From Candidatus Fermentibacteraceae bacterium (GTDB lineage Bacteria; Fermentibacterota; Fermentibacteria; Fermentibacterales; JCC-6): a stretch of 64,000 bases of DNA. The translations under genes and the position numbers were made by a program. Below are positions 57,374 through 64,000 of this stretch, one piece after another (position 1 is the stretch's first letter; each line of letters starts with the position of its first letter). The DNA lies in NCBI GenBank assembly GCA_041686025.1, contig JAWLEP010000013.1:758-64757 (forward strand). Direction: 5' to 3'. The notes below the pieces were generated by a model, which saw only the letters and a list, made by a program, of their open reading frames with translations, ran no database searches and was not told where the DNA came from.

Positions 57374-59332
57374 CTAGCTCCTGCCCGACATCACCTCGAA
57401 CTCGATCCTGCGGTTCTTCGCCTTGTTGGCGGCGCTGGTGTTGGGAACCGCCGGCCTGCTCTCGCCGTAGCCCACCGTGGAGAGACGGCGTGCGCTTATG
57501 CCGTGCTCTATCAGGTAGGTCTGTACCGACTGGGCCCTCTGCTCGCTGAGGGTCTGGTTGTAGGAGGCGGAGCCGTCGGAGTCGGTGTGCCCGGCGATGC
57601 GCACGTTGACGTTCGGGTTGGCCTTCAGCGTCTCCACCACCTCATCGAGGACTGCGTGGCTCTCGCGCTTTATGCGGGCGCTGGCCACGTCGAAGTAGAT
57701 GTTGTCGAAGCTGAGGACCTGGCCCTCCACCAGCTCGGGACGCAGCTCGATGTCCCTGATGGTGGTCTCGCCGGCCACAACCTCCACCGCCTCGCTGGCG
57801 GCGACGTAGCCCTCGGCCTCGGCGGTCAGCGTCCAGGTGCCCGCCGGAGCGCTCAGCCTGTAGACGCCGTCCTCGCCGGTGGTTACGCTGATCTCGTCGG
57901 AGACGTAGACGGTGGCCGCCAGCGGCTCATCGGTCTCGCCGTCGGTGACCGTGCCGCTGACAGTGCCCGTGGAGACGTTCATGGCGAAGTCGCGGGCCAC
58001 GTCCTCGTCCTCCACCGACAGCGTCTGAACGATGGGTATGTAGCCCTCGTAGTCCACGTTCACCGAGACCGAGCCCACGGGGACCCGGGCCTTGTAGAAG
58101 CCGGTCTCGGCGTCGGCCGTAACCGCTTCCGCGGAGGTTCCCGGGAAGCTGACGGTGGCCGGGAGCGCCTCGCCGGTCTCCGCGTCGGAGACCGTGCCGG
58201 AAAGCCAGACGTGGGTGGGAGGGCCGGCCAGGTCGCTGGCGAAGATCAGGTCTATGCCGAAGCTGTAGTCGGGGTAGTAGCCTCCCGGGAACGGAGCCCT
58301 CGCCTCCCTGAAGCCGTCGCTCGGCGTGCCTCCGGCCTGGTAGGCCGCGTGGCCCAGGTCGGACCACATGGGATCGAAGCCGGTGATGGAATATGACCCG
58401 TGAAGGTTGACGGCGAAGCCCATGTCGGTCTTGAAGCGCAGGCCGGGGGCCACCATGGCCATGTCGTCGTAGTCCTCGCCGTTGCCGTACTCGTAGTCGC
58501 GCTTCATGAAGTGCCGCCATTCGGCCTCCACGAAGAGGTCCACCTTGTCCATGGGGTACTCGATGGCGCCGGCCAGGTGGAACACGGGATCCTCAACCTC
58601 CAGCGAAACCTCGGTACCCTCGGCCTCCTGGTGGCCGGCCGTGTAGCGGTAGTCGGTGTACTCGAACTCCTGCTTGAAGTAGTGGTACCCTCCGTTTACG
58701 TGCAGCTTCACGGGATTCAGGTCGAAGGTGGTGAGCAGGTCGATGCCGGCGCTGAAGGGCCCGGAGTCCATCATGGGCCTCCGCATCCGGAACATCGGGC
58801 GTCCGGTCTCCCAGACACCGTCCCACTCGTCCTCGGCCATCACGTAGCCGGGATCTCCCGCCATGCCGATGCTGACCCAGGGCATGAAGCCCATCCAGTG
58901 CTTCTCCTCGCCGGTGAGGTCGAAGGAGTACTTGGCCGACAGGCCGACCTCGCTGAGCCCGTTGTCGCCCTCCCAGTCACCGGTGTTGTCCAGCCGGATG
59001 CCCACGTCGTCCCTCTTCAGGCCGTTCCAGAGGTAGCCGGCTCTGACCCCCAGCTCCATGGCCTCGCTGACGCCATAGCCTATGGCCAGGTATCCGGTCA
59101 GGTCGTACTCCGTATCGGTGACTGTGGTGGCGCTTCCGCCTATCTGGGCGTTGCGCTCGTCGTTGGAAAGGCCCAGCTCGGAGAAAAGGCCCACTCCCCA
59201 GTGGCCCTGTCCCACCGGCTGGGCGCTCACGACTCTTCGCAGACCATTGAGGCCCCACTGGCCGGGCACCGCTTCGGCGGTTCCTGCGATCAGAAGAGCC
59301 AGTACAAGGGCGGCGGCAATAGATGCCCTCAT
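57374..59332 (-). CDS. OmpA-family outer-membrane protein with N-terminal beta-barrel region and carboxypeptidase-regulatory-like repeats.
   Basis: Signal peptide. The C-terminal OmpA domain reads NIYFDVASARIKRESHAVLDEVVETLKANPNVNVRIAGHTDSDGSASYNQTLSEQRAQSV...NRRIEFEV. Two ~80-aa repeats (GTVSDAETGEALPATV...; GTVTDGETDEPLAATV...) look CarbopepD_reg-like. Confidence 0.8.
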   Translation of the reverse strand: MRASIAAALVLALLIAGTAEAVPGQWGLNGLRRVVSAQPVGQGHWGVGLFSELGLSNDERNAQIGGSATTVTDTEYDLTGYLAIGYGVSEAMELGVRAGYLWNGLKRDDVGIRLDNTGDWEGDNGLSEVGLSAKYSFDLTGEEKHWMGFMPWVSIGMAGDPGYVMAEDEWDGVWETGRPMFRMRRPMMDSGPFSAGIDLLTTFDLNPVKLHVNGGYHYFKQEFEYTDYRYTAGHQEAEGTEVSLEVEDPVFHLAGAIEYPMDKVDLFVEAEWRHFMKRDYEYGNGEDYDDMAMVAPGLRFKTDMGFAVNLHGSYSITGFDPMWSDLGHAAYQAGGTPSDGFREARAPFPGGYYPDYSFGIDLIFASDLAGPPTHVWLSGTVSDAETGEALPATVSFPGTSAEAVTADAETGFYKARVPVGSVSVNVDYEGYIPIVQTLSVEDEDVARDFAMNVSTGTVSGTVTDGETDEPLAATVYVSDEISVTTGEDGVYRLSAPAGTWTLTAEAEGYVAASEAVEVVAGETTIRDIELRPELVEGQVLSFDNIYFDVASARIKRESHAVLDEVVETLKANPNVNVRIAGHTDSDGSASYNQTLSEQRAQSVQTYLIEHGISARRLSTVGYGESRPAVPNTSAANKAKNRRIEFEVMSGRS

Positions 59333-59396
59333 GGTTCTCCTTTCACTACCCGGAGGCAGGTATTGTCATATGCCTCGCGGGATTTGCTGGTTTTTT

Positions 59397-59412
59397 GCCG
59401 GAATTCTCCGGC
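59397..59412. promoter_or_regulatory. 16-bp perfect palindrome gccggaattctccggc in the divergent OmpA/DUF72 intergenic region. Candidate dimeric transcription-factor site.
   Basis: Perfect dyad symmetry. It sits ~65 nt upstream of the OmpA start and ~245 nt upstream of the DUF72 start. Confidence 0.35.
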
Positions 59413-59657
59413 TTCGGCTTCATGATTCCACGTAGACTCAAAGAGGTCCGAATTGGGCGATTCCCCCCCCCTTCGTGCAGATGGCAAGCCAATCTGACAC
59501 AGTTCACTATAGGCAATTCAGCGGATAAAGGCAAACATGTGCAACATGCGTCCCCGTGCCGCTTTGGATCAGCGCTACCGCCACGGTCCCCTACCGTCTA
59601 TTCTTCTTCTATGGGCTCTATGGGCGCGGGAAGACAGGCATGGGCTGGAGGAGGGAC

Positions 59658-60443
59658 ATGAAGCTGCTGGACAGCGAGGTCAGGCTGGGCACGTCGGGCT
59701 ACAGCTTCCGGGACTGGAAGGGGCCCTTCTACCCGCCGGGGATAGCCCAGCGGGACATGCTGCCCTGGTACGCCCGGCAGTTCGACACGGTGGAGCTGAA
59801 CAGTCCCTACTACGGCATAATGCCGGCCTCCACCACCGAGGGCATGGTGGGCCGCACCCCGGAGGGCTTCCTGTTCTCGGTGAAGCTGCACTCCAGCATG
59901 ACCCACGGCCGCGACGCCGGGGAGTCGGAGTGGTCGGCCTACCGCGACATGATAGGCCCCCTGGAGGAGTCGGGCAGGCTGGCCTGCTGCCTGGCGCAGT
60001 TCCCCTACTCCTTCAAGGCCTCCCCCGAAAGCGCGGGCTACGTGCTGGGCCTGCAGGAGAGGCTGGATCCGGTACCCCTGGCGGCCGAGTTCCGGCACGA
60101 CGGCTGGTACCGGCCGGAGGTGCTGGAACGTCTGGCCGAGGGCGGGATAGCACTGGTGTCGGTGGACCTGCCGGCCCTGAGCCACCTTCCGCCCCGGGCG
60201 CCAGTGGGCGGCAGCCCCTTCGGCTACGTCAGGTTCCACGGAAGGAACGCGGGCAAGTGGTGGGACGGGGGTCCTCTTCGTTACGACTGGGCCTACGCCC
60301 GCCGGGAGCTGGCCGGATGGATGCCGGGGCTGCGCTGGCTGGCGAGGCAGTCGGACACCATTTACCTTTTCTTCAACAACTGCCACGCCGGCAAGGCCGT
60401 CGATTCGGCGGGCATAATGCGCGAGCTGCTGGAAGGGAAGTGA
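59658..60443 (+). CDS. DUF72 family protein (YecE-like).
   Basis: MKLLDSEVRLGTSGYSFRDWKGPFYP..., a DUF72 N-terminus. The start is internal to track ORF 59556..60443. Confidence 0.8.
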   Translation: MKLLDSEVRLGTSGYSFRDWKGPFYPPGIAQRDMLPWYARQFDTVELNSPYYGIMPASTTEGMVGRTPEGFLFSVKLHSSMTHGRDAGESEWSAYRDMIGPLEESGRLACCLAQFPYSFKASPESAGYVLGLQERLDPVPLAAEFRHDGWYRPEVLERLAEGGIALVSVDLPALSHLPPRAPVGGSPFGYVRFHGRNAGKWWDGGPLRYDWAYARRELAGWMPGLRWLARQSDTIYLFFNNCHAGKAVDSAGIMRELLEGK

Positions 60444-60450
60444 GGCGGAG

Positions 60451-61389
60451 ATGCTGAGGAAGGCACTGGCTGCGGCTTTCGCAGTCATCGCAGCCGGCGG
60501 CTGCGGGAACGCCGCAGGACCGGGGCAGGGCGGGGCCTACCCGCTTACGCCTGTGGGCAATGTGGACCTGGGGGCCGCGGTCACCGACCTGGACTTCATC
60601 GGGGACGATGTGCTGGCGGCATCCGGGAGCCGCGTCTGCTTCGTAGACGGCGATCTGGCCTACCTGCTGGCGGAGGTGGAAACGGGCTCGAACGGGCTGG
60701 ACGAGGTTGCTGCCACCCCCGATGGCGGATACGCGCTGGCCGCCGCCGACAGCTGCGTCTACAGGGTGAGCAACCAGACCTACCTGCTGCAGGACTCACT
60801 GGAGGTGGACGGGGAGGTCGCCGAGCTGGTAATGCACGACTACGCCGGCGAGGTCTGGGTGCTGCTGGAAGACGGAGACATCCTTACCGTCGACGTGGGC
60901 GAGATGACCGTATCATCCTCGGCCTCCCCCGGCGCCTTCGATACGGAGTGCGCCCTCTACGCCGCCGACCTGCGGTCGCTCTACCGCGGCGGCGACGACG
61001 GAGTGCAGCGCCTCTCGGTTCCGGGGCTGTCACCGGAGTACGAGGCTGACCTGCCCATGGAGGTCATCGATCTGTCGCTGGACCACGTCAACGGGTACCT
61101 GCTTGCGGCCATGGAAAACCGGCTGAGATCACTCAGCTCACTGGGGCTGGCAACGCAGATGGACTACACCCATGGAAACACGGTGGTAGACGTAATCCCC
61201 GGGATGGGAGTGATGCTGGCCGGCGCGTCGCAGGGCATCTGGGTCGTCGACGTGGCCACGGGCGAGGATCTGCAGTTTCTGCAGCAGTACAGCCGGCCCC
61301 GGCTGCTAAGAGTGAACGGAGACGGTTCCCGCTGTGCAGTTGTCTACGATTCGAGTCCCTCGGCTGTTGAGGTCTACGGAACGGACTAG
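60451..61389 (+). CDS. Hypothetical lipoprotein (possible beta-propeller).
   Basis: Lipobox AVIAAGGCGN. 312 aa. Confidence 0.5.
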   Translation: MLRKALAAAFAVIAAGGCGNAAGPGQGGAYPLTPVGNVDLGAAVTDLDFIGDDVLAASGSRVCFVDGDLAYLLAEVETGSNGLDEVAATPDGGYALAAADSCVYRVSNQTYLLQDSLEVDGEVAELVMHDYAGEVWVLLEDGDILTVDVGEMTVSSSASPGAFDTECALYAADLRSLYRGGDDGVQRLSVPGLSPEYEADLPMEVIDLSLDHVNGYLLAAMENRLRSLSSLGLATQMDYTHGNTVVDVIPGMGVMLAGASQGIWVVDVATGEDLQFLQQYSRPRLLRVNGDGSRCAVVYDSSPSAVEVYGTD

Positions 61390-61392
61390 GGC

Positions 61393-61884
61393 TCAGTTCA
61401 CGTCACCCAGGTACACCGGACCGCCGTAGTCTCCGGAGGCCAGCAGGGGAAGAAGCCCGCACAGCACCGACGGATAGATCCTTACCTCCTCCAGCCGGGC
61501 CAGGGGAAGCCAGTCCACGCCCGTCTGCCAGGCGTCCCGCACCGGCATCCAGCCCTCCACCCGCTCCAGCAGTCCGGCTGCGAACATCAGCTCCACCTGG
61601 TGGACGTCTCCGTCCTCCCCGGCGAACTCGTGGTGAGCGCCTATGTAGTCGCGGACCAGCAGCAGCCTCCCCGGGTCCACCAGCCATCCGGTCTCCTCGG
61701 CGGTCTCCCGCCGCACGGCGGCGTGCAGCGTCTCGCCCATGCGCTGGCCGCCTCCCGGCAGCAGGTAGAAGTCGCCCCTGCGGTCGCTGTTTCGGGTAAG
61801 CAGAACGGTGTCCCGGTCGAAGACGACGGCCTTGCAGGAGTTCCGCTTGCGGGGCGGGTCGGGGGAGAAGGCCTCCTCCCTCAT
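61393..61884 (-). CDS. NUDIX hydrolase.
   Basis: Nudix box GGGQRMGETLHAAVRRETAEETG (GX5EX7REUXEEXGU). Only the C-terminal 164 aa of track ORF 61393..62763 (start MREEAFSPD) are credible. Confidence 0.75.
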   Translation of the reverse strand: MREEAFSPDPPRKRNSCKAVVFDRDTVLLTRNSDRRGDFYLLPGGGQRMGETLHAAVRRETAEETGWLVDPGRLLLVRDYIGAHHEFAGEDGDVHQVELMFAAGLLERVEGWMPVRDAWQTGVDWLPLARLEEVRIYPSVLCGLLPLLASGDYGGPVYLGDVN

Positions 61885-62720
61885 GCCAGCGACGCCCCCA
61901 GGGCCATGTAGGCGTCCCATATCTGTCGTCCCCAGAACAGGGCCACCGCGGCCCCCAGGGCCAGGAAGGGGCCGAAGGGCACGGGCACCCTCCTGTCGCG
62001 GCCCCGCAGCAGTATCAGCCCGCCTCCCACCAGGGCGCCGGAGAGGAACCCGATGAACAGGGCTACCAGCGTGGGCACGATACCCAGGAAGGCGCCTATC
62101 ATACCCGCCAGCTTCAGGTCGCCCCAGCCCAGGCCCCCGCTCCAGCTCTCGTCGTCCTCCTCGCCCTCGGGGACCTTCACGTAGCCGGGCCGGCGGCGCA
62201 GCACCACCATGCTCACCGCCCGCACCCCCAGGAAGAGGAGGAAGGCTCCCGCCGCGGCTATGGCCGAGCCCGGCGGCGCCACCCCGCCGGGGAGGAAGGA
62301 GAGGCCGAAGCCTGCCACGGCTCCTCCTATGCTGACCTCGTCCAGGACGATCCAGTGCCGCAGGTCGGTATGAACAGTGAGCACCAGGCCCGACAGCAGC
62401 AGGAAGTCGGGTATCAGCTGCAGTGTGGGCCCGTGGACCAGAACCGCCAGGCCGAACAGCAGGCCCGTGGCCAGCTCGCCGGCGGGGTAGGCGGGGGATA
62501 TGGCCGCCCCGCACTCGCGGCACCTTCCCTTCAGAAGGACGTAGCTGAGCAGGGGGACGTTGTCGTACCAGGCGATTCGGGCGCCGCAGCGGGGACAGGC
62601 GCTTCGGGGACGGACCACGGACCGGCCCTCCGGCAGCCGGAGGGCCACAACGTTCAGAAAGCTGCCCACCGCCAGGCCGAACAGGAAAGCGAACAACGCG
62701 AGAACCAGCTCTGGAACCAT
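61881..62720 (-). CDS. pilD: Prepilin peptidase (A24 family, type IV pilin leader peptidase/N-methyltransferase).
   Basis: N-terminal CPRCGARI...CRECG zinc tetrad, polytopic membrane, and a conserved Asp-containing GWGDLKLAGMIGAFLG motif. The ATGA overlaps with the NUDIX gene. Confidence 0.85.
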   Translation of the reverse strand: MVPELVLALFAFLFGLAVGSFLNVVALRLPEGRSVVRPRSACPRCGARIAWYDNVPLLSYVLLKGRCRECGAAISPAYPAGELATGLLFGLAVLVHGPTLQLIPDFLLLSGLVLTVHTDLRHWIVLDEVSIGGAVAGFGLSFLPGGVAPPGSAIAAAGAFLLFLGVRAVSMVVLRRRPGYVKVPEGEEDDESWSGGLGWGDLKLAGMIGAFLGIVPTLVALFIGFLSGALVGGGLILLRGRDRRVPVPFGPFLALGAAVALFWGRQIWDAYMALGASLA

Positions 62721-62919
62721 ACCGGAATATACTCTTCCCCCCTGCCCGCCGGGTCAAGCGCACCGTCTTAACGGAGCCTTAACCCTCTTCTAACCCCAGA
62801 TTCAACCCGGGGGCTTAGAAAATGCCCGTAGGTCAGCTGCCAGAGCCCCACGCCGCCCGCGGTGGGCGGGAAGGGGTACAGACCGCAAACGGAACGCAAC
62901 GAAAAGACGGAGGGATAGC

Positions 62920-63984
62920 ATGCGTTACGCTGTTGCTGCTCTGCTCGCAATGGTCTTCCTAGCCTTCGCCGGCGGCGAGTTCTCCACCGGTGGCGCGGAG
63001 CTGCTGAAGTTCAAGGGCTATGTGATATCCGACCTGTACATGTACGGCCAGGAGGACGCCGACCCCGACATGGCCTTCGACGTCATCGCCGCCCTGGACT
63101 GGCGCCCCACTCTCAACGAATGGCTGGACGCCAAGATCGCCTTCAAGGCCAAGCCCACCAAGTACAGCTCCGGAGGCGGAGACACCTTCGAGGACCTCAG
63201 CCTTACCACCGAGGACATAGTGGCCAACCTCCACTTCACCGAGAACCTCACCTTCACCATGGGCCAGTTCAAGAGGCCCTTCGGCTACAACTACACCCGC
63301 TCCGGCAGCAGCATGTACTTCCTGGACCGGGCGGTTCTCACCGGCGCCGGCGAGTTCAGCAACTTCGCCAAGCGCGACATCGGCGCCAACCTCAACGCCG
63401 ACTTCGACGTGGTCGAGCTCGACCTCTCCTTCACCAACGGCTCAGGCGACAACGAGCCCGAGGACGACAGCAACAAGAGCTTCACCGCCCGGACCCTGAT
63501 CAGCCCCGTAGACGGCATCACCATCGGCGCGGCCTTCGGCAGCAACGCGGAGGGTGCCGACACCGACACCACCGAGGTGATGAGCGCCACAGGCATGGAC
63601 TTCTACGCCGTGGTGGACTACCCGCTGAGCGAGACCGCCACGCTGAACTTCGCAGGGGAGTACCTGATGCTGGGCGAGTATGCGGACGACGACGCGGACG
63701 ACAACGATGCCAGCGCCTACGCAATCACGCTTGCTCCGGAGTTCGAGCTGGCCGGCCCGGCCATACAGGCCGTGCGTCCCGCCATCCGCTACGAGAGCTA
63801 CAGCCCCAGCTACACGGGTGACGAGGATCCCGAGAACGACTTCGGCGCCATCGACTTCTGCCTCAACCTCGACCTCTACAGCGGCAAGAACACGCTCCAG
63901 ATCGGCGGCCGCAACTGGACCTTCGAGGACGAGGATACCGACGGATACACCGACATGTACCTGGGCTGGAGGATGAAGTTCTAG
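62920..63984 (+). CDS. Outer-membrane porin-like beta-barrel protein (phosphate-selective porin O/P-like).
   Basis: Signal peptide MRYAVAALLAMVFLAFAGG and alternating amphipathic beta-strand pattern. The C-terminal residue is F (...LGWRMKF), typical of OM beta-barrels. Confidence 0.5.
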   Translation: MRYAVAALLAMVFLAFAGGEFSTGGAELLKFKGYVISDLYMYGQEDADPDMAFDVIAALDWRPTLNEWLDAKIAFKAKPTKYSSGGGDTFEDLSLTTEDIVANLHFTENLTFTMGQFKRPFGYNYTRSGSSMYFLDRAVLTGAGEFSNFAKRDIGANLNADFDVVELDLSFTNGSGDNEPEDDSNKSFTARTLISPVDGITIGAAFGSNAEGADTDTTEVMSATGMDFYAVVDYPLSETATLNFAGEYLMLGEYADDDADDNDASAYAITLAPEFELAGPAIQAVRPAIRYESYSPSYTGDEDPENDFGAIDFCLNLDLYSGKNTLQIGGRNWTFEDEDTDGYTDMYLGWRMKF

Positions 63985-64000
63985 CCGGCTGACGGAGTAC

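Overview
This is a high-GC (about 65-70%) bacterial chromosomal segment with dense, mostly operon-organised coding. The first ~800 bp are markedly lower in GC (about 50%). I found no rRNA, tRNA, CRISPR array or transposase-like gene.

Housekeeping genes can be called with confidence from their motifs:
- metK, an M23/EnvC-like peptidase, holB, a PSP1/RicT-like protein and metG in one plus-strand block.
- An archaeal-type aspS, ppdK, gpsA, aroB, tatC, dinB, butyrate kinase and a methylmalonyl-CoA-mutase catalytic subunit.
- A prepilin peptidase, a NUDIX hydrolase and a CaCA antiporter.

The accessory content is envelope- and secretion-related:
- Three proteins carry clan-CD/C25 (gingipain-like) His and Cys motifs and Bacteroidota-style T9SS C-terminal sorting domains. 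Two of them are giant tandem paralogs (1274 and 1352 aa) with a sirtuin gene translationally coupled between them.
- A LolE/FtsX-type permease is coupled to a transglutaminase-like secreted protein.
- There are OmpA-like and porin-like proteins and several lipoproteins.
- One sugar-nucleotide/GT2/GT-C glycosylation module is present.
- A lipid-related cluster contains two DUF362 paralogs (one fused to a 4Fe-4S ferredoxin), an LpxL/HtrB-like acyltransferase, a GT4 glycosyltransferase and gpsA.

Non-coding features I consider real:
- A perfect 32-bp AT-rich inverted repeat preceded by a 26-nt perfect palindrome upstream of aspS.
- A cluster of four copies of a GGGGACGGAGATTAA-type motif (a 25-bp inverted repeat plus a 22-bp tandem duplication) upstream of ppdK and the REC-PAS-GAF-GGDEF gene.
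- A 16-bp palindrome in the OmpA/DUF72 divergent promoter.
- A GC-rich hairpin between two minus-strand genes.

Many long track ORFs in this GC-rich DNA are antisense artefacts and were rejected. Several true starts are internal to the track ORFs, and CDS start coordinates should be taken as +/- a few codons.
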